Assembly (NCBI GenBank): GCA_002898395.1
Contig: BEHE01000008.1
Span: 20,640-84,639, forward strand
Direction: 5' to 3'
Source of the DNA: Candidatus Calditenuaceae archaeon HR02
GTDB taxonomy: Archaea > Thermoproteota > Nitrososphaeria_A > Caldarchaeales > Calditenuaceae
Length of the DNA: 64,000 bases
The notes under the pieces are model-generated. The model saw only the letters and a program-made list of their open reading frames with translations, made no database searches and was not told where the DNA came from. Position numbers and translations under genes: made by a program. Below are positions 42,652 through 51,652 of this stretch, one piece after another. Position 1 is the first letter of the stretch, and each line of letters opens with the position of its first letter.

Positions 42652-43767
42652 TCACCAGTAAAGAAGCCAAGGAAAGAATCGTTCAACTATTAGGTAGCCA
42701 GGACTCGCAGAGGAGGCTGCCGCTGGCATGAAATACAAGGCACATATTGCCAATGGAACTATCATTGCAATATGTGCCATGAACGGAAAAATGAAAAACC
42801 GAGGATAGTTGAATCGTATAGCGGGCATCATAGTTGGCATTACAGCCATCATAACAGCAAAGACAAAAATGCCCCATAGTATCGCCAGAGTCCACGAACC
42901 TCGCCCAAAGAGCATCGTATACGCAATTCCATATGTTGCGCCGTTGATGAAATGCCACAGATATCCCAGAAACAATATCCGAGCAGCAGAAATTTTCTCT
43001 TCCTTTAAAGTCATAGAGAAAGCAGCGGGGAAAAGCCTGAAAAAATCTTGGACGCTAATTTTAGGCATTTTCTTATGACCGCCGGGTGTGGCCATCCTCA
43101 GCTTTGCAGGTATGACTCCACGGTTTTCACGTATGTTTTCAGATGATGCAGAAAATACGAGTTCGTCCATGGTTCTCATTAATACAGATCTCTTTTCCGC
43201 AGGTAGAGTGGATAGAGCTTCGATTTGAGACTTTACAAAGACTTCTCTCTTATCATCAGGTAGCATTTCTATTCCTCTCATCATTGCTAGCATCATCATC
43301 TTTCTCGCATCGTCTGGCAGGTTGCTTAACCATTGAACTCTTTCGGCGATCATGCGATTTCTCTGCTGTTCTGGCATGTTGGCTATTTCTTTCACCAAAT
43401 TCGCGATCACATTGCCCATGAATTTTGCCGCGACCCCAGACCACATCATACCAAATATCTTAGGCATATCTGCAGGAAACTCACCAAGTCTGACTCCGGT
43501 TAGTCTCACTATGTCGAGAGCTATTGTACCCAAAAGACCACCAACGGCGCCCCATAAGATTAACTGTAGAATAGAACTGTTGACTGCAATTGACGATGTC
43601 AGCGTGATAACGAATACTGCCAAGGACACTATACCTATCGTTTTAAAGAATTTGGGTGCAGGAAACGCCAGGATTCTGTCGGCCATGAGCCCTGCAGTAG
43701 GCGCACCCAGTGTAAGCATTATCGGAATCCATAAAGACCAATCTACATTACTGAGTTCAATAGGCAT
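42652..43767 (-). CDS. Unknown membrane protein with four inserted 19-aa helical repeats
   Basis: N- and C-terminal TM blocks (GGLLGTIALD; GYLWHFINGATYGIAY; MAHI) split by LPxxxR repeats. Confidence 0.85.
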   Translation of the reverse strand: MPIELSNVDWSLWIPIMLTLGAPTAGLMADRILAFPAPKFFKTIGIVSLAVFVITLTSSIAVNSSILQLILWGAVGGLLGTIALDIVRLTGVRLGEFPADMPKIFGMMWSGVAAKFMGNVIANLVKEIANMPEQQRNRMIAERVQWLSNLPDDARKMMMLAMMRGIEMLPDDKREVFVKSQIEALSTLPAEKRSVLMRTMDELVFSASSENIRENRGVIPAKLRMATPGGHKKMPKISVQDFFRLFPAAFSMTLKEEKISAARILFLGYLWHFINGATYGIAYTMLFGRGSWTLAILWGIFVFAVMMAVMPTMMPAIRFNYPRFFIFPFMAHIAMIVPLAICALYFMPAAASSASPGYLIVERFFPWLLYW

Positions 43768-43789
43768 GAGTAAAAGTGTGGAAAGCCAT

Positions 43790-43840
43790 GCTATAAGTTG
43801 TCAAGTTTTTCAAAGCATTGTAGCTATTACATACAATAGT
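43790..43840 (-). promoter_or_regulatory. TATA box plus shared upstream motif, copy 3
   Basis: + strand GCTATAAG at 43790; TTGTAGCTAT-TACATACA-ATAGT at 43818-43840. Confidence 0.68.
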
Positions 43841-44105
43841 TAGGAAGGACAATCGTTGCCTGCTAAGAATCTACAGTCTATTATAACGGGTTCCTTTTTC
43901 AGGTCCTGACCACCACTAATGCTACAACAGTGGTCATTGATATTGTGTCGGTTATCGATCTAATTGTAAATTTAGATGAGCTTTGGTATCGATACAGATT
44001 CGGAATTAGTCGGCATAACGCTTATGCCACAAACTATGATCCGAATATAGTCATCAAATAGAAAAAGTTAGGATCACAGAACCATACAACCAAACGCACT
44101 TGCAA

Positions 44106-44624
44106 CTAGTCGTCTCTTCTCTTCTCCGTATGGGCTGTTGTTGTCTTACGGCTTTCAAGTACGCTGACAGCATTAAGCGTCTTGAAGCCGCCTAGCTTGT
44201 ATATAGAGAAGAACACGATACTAATCGATATCACTGTGAATATCGGCGAATAATATGTGAGGAAAAGGATAAGTCCGAGCGGAAGTAGAATACCTATGAA
44301 CGAGAAACAGGCAGGGCAAATGCCAAACATTAATCCAATAACAGACCCTACAAACCCCATCCTTGTACTTTTTTCAGACTTGCAGTCCAGACACATGTTT
44401 CTTGTAAAAGAATAGAGTGAGATAAACATGCCAAACAGGATGGAAAAGGCTATGTATAGTACCGAGTTAAGTGGCTTTTGCTGCAGGTCAAGCAACCATA
44501 TTCTGAAAGCTAGTGGCGTGTTTATCAGCTGAATTATCGGAAGTAGAGAGAAAATGCATGCTGCTGCCACTGCAATAACAGGCTTATTCTTTACAGCATA
44601 AAAGAGCAGTATGTGTGCTGCCAT
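44106..44624 (-). CDS. Unknown 4-TM protein with CLDC and intramembrane CPAC motifs
   Basis: Hydrophobic pattern and two CxxC motifs; last gene of a 3-gene run. Confidence 0.78.
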   Translation of the reverse strand: MAAHILLFYAVKNKPVIAVAAACIFSLLPIIQLINTPLAFRIWLLDLQQKPLNSVLYIAFSILFGMFISLYSFTRNMCLDCKSEKSTRMGFVGSVIGLMFGICPACFSFIGILLPLGLILFLTYYSPIFTVISISIVFFSIYKLGGFKTLNAVSVLESRKTTTAHTEKRRDD

Positions 44625-44633
44625 TTCCCATCA

Positions 44634-45254
44634 TCACTTTTGTGTTAAAAGAGGTGCAAGCACCTGCTTTATCTTCGAATATTCAAGTGGATATACATCC
44701 ACCCACCGGATTATGCCATCCTTATCTAGTACGTATTTTGTATCAAGATACCGCACCTTATATTGCGCTACCATATCTACGCCTGCTGCCACATACCAGT
44801 CCTCCCTGCCATACTTATTCTTCCAGTCTAAAAACTGGCTCTCAGTCTCCCTTGGGTCTACAAATACAATTAATACGTTGAAAGCATTGCCTCCAGTCTC
44901 GTCATCATATCTGGCCAGATTCTGAGCGCCTATCTGGCAGGGTGTGCACCAGGTGGTTGTAAAGAAGATCACAAGCGGCTTTCCATGGAATGTTGCTTTT
45001 GAGATAGGCCCCTTCAGAGGGTCTATGAGTCTGAAGTCGGGTGCCAACTGTCCCACTTCTAACCCTTCTACGACGACTGTTCCGGGGGCGACCGTAAGAT
45101 TCCGACCACCAACGCTCGATGACGCTTGTGAATTAGACAGGGTCATAAAAACCGCGCCTACTATTACAGCAATTCCTATTACACCTATAATAGTGGCAAA
45201 AAACTTAGCTGTGGATTTCTTTGGTTGTGACCCTCTTTTCTTACCCTTTCCCAC
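44634..45254 (-). CDS. Membrane-anchored TlpA/ResA-like thiol-disulfide redoxin
   Basis: N-terminal TM, GQLAPDF, TTWCTPC, YVLDKDGIIR. Confidence 0.88.
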   Translation of the reverse strand: MGKGKKRGSQPKKSTAKFFATIIGVIGIAVIVGAVFMTLSNSQASSSVGGRNLTVAPGTVVVEGLEVGQLAPDFRLIDPLKGPISKATFHGKPLVIFFTTTWCTPCQIGAQNLARYDDETGGNAFNVLIVFVDPRETESQFLDWKNKYGREDWYVAAGVDMVAQYKVRYLDTKYVLDKDGIIRWVDVYPLEYSKIKQVLAPLLTQK

Positions 45255-45819
45255 AACAACTCCCCTCCTTCATTTTACTGATTTTGTCTGAAATCGAGAA
45301 AGTGCCTAGAGCCAGAACTGCCACAGTTAAGGGAGCCATGTAGCGGCTGTAGAGGGATAGGGAAGAGAAAGCAATTGCCCCGATGACAGAAACCATCAAC
45401 CCGCCTCCACAGCATGCAAAGCTTGTAAAGAATGCGGGTAGCAAGCCCAAAAACCCCTCCAACCCTGTCGGCTTTCTAACTCTGCATACAGCGGCTAGTC
45501 TTCTAGAATAAAATGTTAGAGCAACATTAAGCCCAACAAAGAACGACGACACTATCACGAAGGCGAGAGCATCATAAAAGATGAAGAAAAATACGTCTGG
45601 CGCAGGAATAACCAAGATTCCTATTGAGTATAACCTTATCATGGGGTAGTTGTCTGTGAAGGAGGTTAAACCAGGTCCGTATCTTATTACTCCAACAGCA
45701 ACCATGTAGAATGAAGCGTAGGCTAGTCCAGACGCCAACAGTATTCCTAAATAACTTTTTGATTTTATGACATGAAAAATAGGTGCTAACATTCTCCTCT
45801 CTAAAAGGATGCTCTGCAT
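45241..45819 (-). CDS. Unknown 4-TM protein with FACCGGG and C-terminal GSCCG
   Basis: Hydrophobic pattern; likely start ATG 45819 given the TATA at 45847; overlaps the redoxin start. Confidence 0.78.
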   Translation of the reverse strand: MQSILLERRMLAPIFHVIKSKSYLGILLASGLAYASFYMVAVGVIRYGPGLTSFTDNYPMIRLYSIGILVIPAPDVFFFIFYDALAFVIVSSFFVGLNVALTFYSRRLAAVCRVRKPTGLEGFLGLLPAFFTSFACCGGGLMVSVIGAIAFSSLSLYSRYMAPLTVAVLALGTFSISDKISKMKEGSCCGKG

Positions 45820-45845
45820 GTATCCGCATGTTACTGTCAAACCGA

Positions 45846-45896
45846 GTATTTAAAGAATATTTTTATACCATAGTAGTTACTATCCTAATTGATAGT
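45846..45896 (-). promoter_or_regulatory. TATA box plus shared upstream motif, copy 4
   Basis: + strand TATTTAAA at 45847; TAGTTACTAT-CCTAATTG-ATAGT at 45874-45896. Confidence 0.72.
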
Positions 45897-46339
45897 ATTA
45901 CAGCTTAGGCGACAAAGACTAACGTAAAAACCTCAGTAGATGTTTGATGTTGCAACATTATCCTTTCTTGAAGTAGCTTGGCATCTTTAACAATGTCTTT
46001 GAAGATAGCCAAGTACAAAACATCTGCATGCATAATGCTATTACCCCAGCCAGCACATCCAAATCAAGCGTAACCTGAAAGAATACCACACCACACAACC
46101 ACGCGTTAATCTGCTTGCTCAACTGTTTACCCAATCCGCTATACTCGCGCCACGTCTCATACCCAACTATCTTCTCACAATCCTCTCAGACACATAACGT
46201 TTCACACAAGTTGCCAACCCGCTTTAACAATCACAACTTCTTCTCCATAAAATTTCGACGACGTCCTCGAAGAGTTATCTCCACGTTTCTCCACCTCGTT
46301 TACTGCGGGGCCTCAAGCAGCTCCTTCTGAGGTAGATTT

Positions 46340-46610
46340 TAATATGTGCTATCTTTACGAATGCGATAAACACCTCAGCAAGTCATCCGAAGAGCTTCTC
46401 GTGAACATGCTCTAAACCTAGCCTCTCCAGCGCCCGGCTATACCATGGGCATTTATCACCTAACTATCGCTTATCTTGATGAATCATGAATGCTAGAGCA
46501 TATGGTATAGACGACCAGAATCTCCCCGGGACACATGTCCACGGCCGACCATTAGTAGCATCCATAACCATTTTTCTTTCACTAGCTTTCACTAGTCAGT
46601 CAACGGTCCC
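46340..46610 (-). mobile_element. IS6-family transposase remnant
   Basis: Minus-strand GDKCPWYSRALERLGLEHVHE fragment; IS6-like end GGGACCGTTGAC at about 46610. Confidence 0.6.
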
Positions 46611-46775
46611 CAGCTCCAACGGAGGTAACCGAAGAGAGAAGACATAAACTCGACTAAACAATTAAAGAGGTGCACGGCGTTGGATTAACGAATCAGGCCA
46701 TAGGCCCAACCTAGAAAAGATTAACAGTATCAAGACACGCATAAAGATTGACAAATCAGGAAAAAGATGGGGGAG

Positions 46776-47119
46776 TTAAGAGAAGTATTCGTAAGCGTAG
46801 AACCCCCGCAGTATGACCAGCATTATTATAACCGAGACCGCAAGTAACGCCACCAGCCTCGTGAGTGCCCGTTCCTGTAGACCTTTTTACGGTAGATCTG
46901 TAGTGTAGCCAGCGAGAGCACTATGAAGAGGACCAGGAGGATTACGCCGTGTCCCACCCAGTGGTGTCCGAAGGTAGCTTTTAGTACACCCTTTAAAGGT
47001 GTCAGCTCCTTGACTACGGTGAGTGGGCCATTTAGGAGTGTGATGATTATCGATGATGTGAGTAGTGAGAAGGCCCATGCCTTTCTATGCTCGAGCCGTG
47101 TCTCAGCATCTACCCTCAC
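46776..47119 (-). pseudogene. Frameshifted small membrane protein with HHWVGHG motif
   Basis: ORF 46826-47119; another frame supplies a last TM helix (LVALLAVSVIIMLVILRGFYAYEYFS*). Confidence 0.6.
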
Positions 47120-47410
47120 CCCTTGGCTAGGGCGACTCTGTAACCGATCGAGACTAGAAGGTTAAACATGCGGAGCTTCAGGGATTGCTAGAGAAGCTTA
47201 AGGAAGAGGTGGATAAAGGCCCCAGTCTACCTAAGAGGGTCGGTGTTGATATAATTCCGAGATGCGGGTTAGGTTGGAGCGGGTGGCCTTAACTCGTCGG
47301 ACTCCTCATTCCGCAGCGACTTTGGAGAGATGGTAGATTAACCGGTGGAGCTCCTCAGAAATTGGAAGTGTTTATATAGCTTATGTTTAATTTAGTTGTA
47401 CTGAGGTTTA

Positions 47411-47605
47411 ATGACTGTTAGTCGGGTTAAGCGTATGGGCGGGTCATTGATGGTTACTATTCCTAAGGAGCTGGCGGATGCTTTGGGAATAAAGGAGGGA
47501 GAGATCGTTAGTATCGAGGTAAAGAAGCTGCGGCGTGATTTCTTTGGCGCATTAAGGAATTTGTCGCCCATGGCTACTGAAGAGGAGCTGCATTCCCATG
47601 AGTAG
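47411..47605 (+). CDS. AbrB/MazE-type antitoxin
   Basis: VKRMGGSLMVTIPKE..LGIKEGE. Confidence 0.88.
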   Translation: MTVSRVKRMGGSLMVTIPKELADALGIKEGEIVSIEVKKLRRDFFGALRNLSPMATEEELHSHE

Positions 47606-47714
47606 GGTCTATGTGGTCGATGCATATGCATGGATTGATTATCTACGTGGGAGTAAAAAGGGAGAGTATGTTCTGGAGTCGTTGATGGCTTATTGTTTTC
47701 GCATCTGTGTGTAG
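47598..47714 (+). pseudogene. Truncated VapC/PIN toxin
   Basis: MSRVYVVDAYAWIDYLRGSKKG overlapping the antitoxin stop; ends after 38 codons. Confidence 0.72.
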
Positions 47715-48090
47715 GTTCCGAGTCTCCGTCCAGGCTTTGGTGGAGGGTTCGCAATCGGATGATGGGAGGACGGCAGAGTTGCTGGAGCTGGTGAAGGAGA
47801 TTTTGTAGCAGTTGGAGGTCTCTAGGGATGCTAGGGTGGATGAGGTGGTGGAAAGGGTTCTAGAGAGCATGCCTAGGAGGCTGGATGAGGTGACTGTCAG
47901 GGCAGAGGAGAGCTATACCTAACGGATTCTTAGGCTGGCCGGCGGCGTGGAGTTTTGGTGAGGAAGAGCGGGGCTATCGCCGTCAGGTCCTACATCCCAC
48001 TCAATGACATATCCATAGTCAAGAAAATCTGGTAGTCAATCTAGAATGCCTCACCACGCCTCTACATCGTTCTGGTTTAGCCGTCCACCT

Positions 48091-48705
48091 CTACCTCTCT
48101 ACCACTTTGCCTTTCTCGAACTTTGATGTAGCCTCCCAAATCCTTTGATGGGGTTTCCTCAATCTATGTGTTTCAACCTCATAAACGTATCCTGTTATCG
48201 CTACGTCTCGTGGTATCAGAGGGCTGTTTCTGAGTGCTTCCACGTTCTTTATGACGATATCGTCAATATATTCAACTCCTAGGTCTGTGAAGAATTTGAA
48301 CCAGTTGGCAAACTCTTTTTCACCTTTTAGCCCGAGGGCTGGGAGTAGTGGGTCTATCGCCAGCTCGGCCGGCTTTATCCCACGCCTCAGGAAGTAGTCA
48401 GCCACCTCTGCACCTTTGAAGCGAAGCATGCCGCAATCGGTATGGTTAACCACAATTATTTCTCTTGTGCCAAAGAAGTTGGTGGTGAGGGCTGCCGACC
48501 TTATTACGTCGTCGGTTACAACGCCTCCGGCGTTTCTGAATATGTGGGCGTCGTCGGGTTCTAGTCCCAGGGCGGACTCTATGCGGATTCTTTCATCCAT
48601 GCAGGTCAACACGAATAGTGACCTGTTGTTGGGTATTCCTCTAACTCTTCTCAACGCGTAGTCTTCGAGTTGTTTTATCTGTGCTTCCAGTCTCTCTGCG
48701 TGCAT
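48091..48705 (-). CDS. Carbon disulfide (CS2) hydrolase, beta-carbonic anhydrase fold
   Basis: CMDER and HTDCG Zn ligands, TTNFFG, LEDYALRRVRGIPNNR, VYEVETHRLRKP; 204 aa from ATG 48705. Confidence 0.85.
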   Translation of the reverse strand: MHAERLEAQIKQLEDYALRRVRGIPNNRSLFVLTCMDERIRIESALGLEPDDAHIFRNAGGVVTDDVIRSAALTTNFFGTREIIVVNHTDCGMLRFKGAEVADYFLRRGIKPAELAIDPLLPALGLKGEKEFANWFKFFTDLGVEYIDDIVIKNVEALRNSPLIPRDVAITGYVYEVETHRLRKPHQRIWEATSKFEKGKVVER

Positions 48706-49242
48706 ACTGTTGACTGGTGTGGAGGGGTATTTATGTATTAGCCTATTACAATAATATGATAATATTATTATATTTAAAGGCATATTTCAGGAATAGACGC
48801 ATCCCACCCGTAACAGCCCTAATATCACCCAACCAAAACCCAAGCCATCTCCTTAAACCAGCCGCTGAGAGGTTGGAAGTAGCTCCCCCCTCTACCGTAG
48901 GCCCTTATATATCTCTGGGCCCCTCCTAAGCATCTCCAGCCACCCGACGCAGTAGGTCCTGCAGACATGGCAGACATCGTCGAACAGCGTTACCTAGTCC
49001 CGGAAGGGTGCAAAGGTCTCTGCTGACCTATACCCAACCTATTACTATATGACGAGATTAACGGTTTTAACGGGTATGGTATAGTAGCCGATGTACAGAA
49101 TCATACCTTAATCACAGATTACTGACCAAAATGCAATATAAAAGTAAAAAGAGCCAAGAATAGATATAGAAGGGGACCCCTAATCTTTACTAGACTAGAG
49201 TAGAAAATATTTATGCCCGAAACCTGTTAAACAGCCATTGAA

Positions 49243-49866
49243 GTGGAGCTGATGAGCGGAGCCGCAAATGATGTGGTGAGAATAGTCCTGGAAGCGTGGA
49301 GGCGGACTTTCTCTCTGAGAACACTCGGCGGCGGGGTGATAAGGTGTCTACTCGTCTTCTGCGAGAACAACCTTGTGGAGTTGGAGACAGATGAGGTACG
49401 GAGCGTTGCGCCAATCAGTGGGCCTGAATCAGATCGGTTCTACAGTAGAAGCGGCCGCGCTGAGGAAGATGTGTTTTGGAGCGTAGTAGGAGAGATATTT
49501 GCAGAGATTCGAGGCGCCGATGAGAAGGATAGAACGTGGTATGCGGAATTAGCGAGGCTTAGTGGCCTCAAATACACTCACGCAGTCCAGATCATCCAAC
49601 AGTTGATGGAAAAGTACTGGAGGATCTCCCATGTAAGGGTGGGATATGAGACGGGTTACGGCGAGCTCGATGGGTTGAAGGTGAAATCAAGAGGGAACAG
49701 GGTAGATTTGCAGTTCAAGGTGGGTGGAGAGAAGAAGAGATACGAGATAGTCTTTCTATCTAACGAGCACGTCGAGAATGCCTATAAAACCTTAAAGGAA
49801 GTTCTTAGGTTGGGACAAGGCAACAGTGATATATCTCCCCGGGACAGCGGGGTGGACAAGCTATGA
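49243..49866 (+). CDS. Hypothetical protein
   Basis: 207-codon ORF with protein-like composition; no motif recognised. Confidence 0.55.
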   Translation: MELMSGAANDVVRIVLEAWRRTFSLRTLGGGVIRCLLVFCENNLVELETDEVRSVAPISGPESDRFYSRSGRAEEDVFWSVVGEIFAEIRGADEKDRTWYAELARLSGLKYTHAVQIIQQLMEKYWRISHVRVGYETGYGELDGLKVKSRGNRVDLQFKVGGEKKRYEIVFLSNEHVENAYKTLKEVLRLGQGNSDISPRDSGVDKL

Positions 49867-50214
49867 GGATGGTTTGGGGCTCTTGACGTCATAGTGAGGA
49901 AAGAAAACATAGCAATTATCATATCCAGTTTCTTCTACCTAACCAAAATCTTCTCGAATCAAAGGAATTTAAATAAAATAATTATTTCTCGGAGGGATTC
50001 AACACTTTCCCCCGTTGCTACAGCATAAACAATATAGTAAAGCAAACTGTCGCCAAGATAGAGGAGTCTAGCAATGGTGTCAAGAACATATAAATCCCTT
50101 CCATCTAAAATCGAGCACTTCAAAACTCATACTACCCCTGTACCTCATCTTCGCAAGCCACGTATGTGGGTTAACGGTCTATAGAGGGGTGCTTTGGTGA
50201 AAACAATTACGATG

Positions 50215-50637
50215 CTACACTTCAGAGAGATGCTTTATGTTTGTTAATGGGACTTTTGCTACAACCTCTTTATCGGCTGTATAGAGGGTTGCATTCTGTA
50301 ACATGGCTAGGGAGACATAAACTGCATCATATAGCGTTATGCCGAACTTATATGCCAGTTCCACCGCTCTTTCACGCAGTTCCCCTTTAAACTCGTAGGT
50401 AGTTATGCTCATGTCTTCTAGGGCTTTGAGAGCTGTCTTGACATCCTCAATCCCAAATCTTGGATTATACCTTAAGGCGTTAGCCACCTCGTAGTGTAGA
50501 AGGACTGGCGCTATCAAGTCTATCTCACCGTTAGCATACCTATTCCTTATTGTTAATGCCTCCTTCCTTAGTGGCTCGACGTTGAACCATTTCACTGCTA
50601 CACTTGCGTCAAGTACGAGTATCTTCTCCTCCTCCAT
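50215..50637 (-). CDS. vapC: VapC/PIN toxin
   Basis: VLDASVAVKW, YEVANAL, TLYDAVY, YTAD. Confidence 0.92.
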   Translation of the reverse strand: MEEEKILVLDASVAVKWFNVEPLRKEALTIRNRYANGEIDLIAPVLLHYEVANALRYNPRFGIEDVKTALKALEDMSITTYEFKGELRERAVELAYKFGITLYDAVYVSLAMLQNATLYTADKEVVAKVPLTNIKHLSEV

Positions 50638-50873
50638 CTGATCACCTCATCCTCAGCTATCCAGCCAGACCCCTCCGATAACTTCGCCAGCCTATCCATC
50701 TCCTCGATAGCACGCTTAATGGTTGTGGTGTCTTTAGTGGACCTCATTCTTCGCTCCTCCTGCTCCACAACAGTTTCAACATACCTCCTAAGGAGCTCGC
50801 TCCAGTTTATGTGGCGGAGCCTATCTATCCTAGCTTTAAGCCTCTTATCGACCCGGAAGCTGATGATGCTCAC
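50598..50873 (-). CDS. VapB-type (RHH) antitoxin
   Basis: GTG start 50873 (MSIISFRVDK), INWSELLR, EVIRWRR; overlaps vapC. Confidence 0.82.
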   Translation of the reverse strand: MSIISFRVDKRLKARIDRLRHINWSELLRRYVETVVEQEERRMRSTKDTTTIKRAIEEMDRLAKLSEGSGWIAEDEVIRWRRRRYSYLTQV

Positions 50874-51058
50874 ATGTCTTGTAATACATCGCTGTTTAAT
50901 AAGTATTACAGTTCCCCACTCCGCAGCCCAACATATATAGCAGTTTTCCACCCCCTTATTAGAGAGAAGGATCTCAGCCTTAGGAGCTAGGTGGGGCGTG
51001 GTGAGCGGGGAAGCCTTCAGGGAGGGCATGAGATGCCTTATCGGGAAAGAGTTAGGAG

Positions 51059-51420
51059 ATGAATAGGCATAAGAGCGGGAAGGTGCTGATTGACGAGTGG
51101 GTCCCAACGGGAGAGGTAGGGGTAGAAAGCGTACAGGAGAGAATCGTTGGCCAAAATCCAGTTATAAATCGACTACATGTTTGGTTTGCGCGTCGTCCAC
51201 CCGTGGCTTCTAGGGCTGCTGTTCTTGCCTCCATACTCCATCCCGAGACCACTAGAGAGGAGTTTCTTAGGCTGTTGGGCATTCCTCACGACAGGAACGT
51301 GGTCGCGGCTGCCGAGAAACTAGCTAGGGCCAAGGCCAACAAGGTTAGGCTTAAGGAGAATCCGTTTACTTGGGAGAGGGCCTTCAAATATACTCCGCCC
51401 AAGCCTCAGCCAGATGAGCT
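51059..51420 (+). pseudogene. N-terminal fragment of a DUF1156 DNA methyltransferase
   Basis: LIDEWVP..VESVQER and LHVWFARRPPVASRAAVLASIL signature; only about 120 codons remain. Confidence 0.8.
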
Positions 51421-51652
51421 AATGGAGAGTGTTAGGGAGTGGGGCCATAGGATATTGAGACTCTTCAATCCATCTAGGAAGTTTAGCTACAGACGAGACA
51501 GTGGCTAAGAATAACAGTAACATGTAGAGAAGTTCTATAACAATATGAACTCCAAGACTGTCAAAAGCATTAAGGAGATAGCGACTACGATGGCCCTAAT
51601 ACACAACATACTTCTCGAGAACAGAGAGGGAGCTGCAACACTTGATAGTGCA
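51420..51652 (+). mobile_element. Internally deleted IS6-family remnant
   Basis: ESVREWGHRILRLFNPSRK then FYNNMNSKTVKSIKEIATT, matching the C-terminus of the 53.7-kb copy. Confidence 0.65.
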
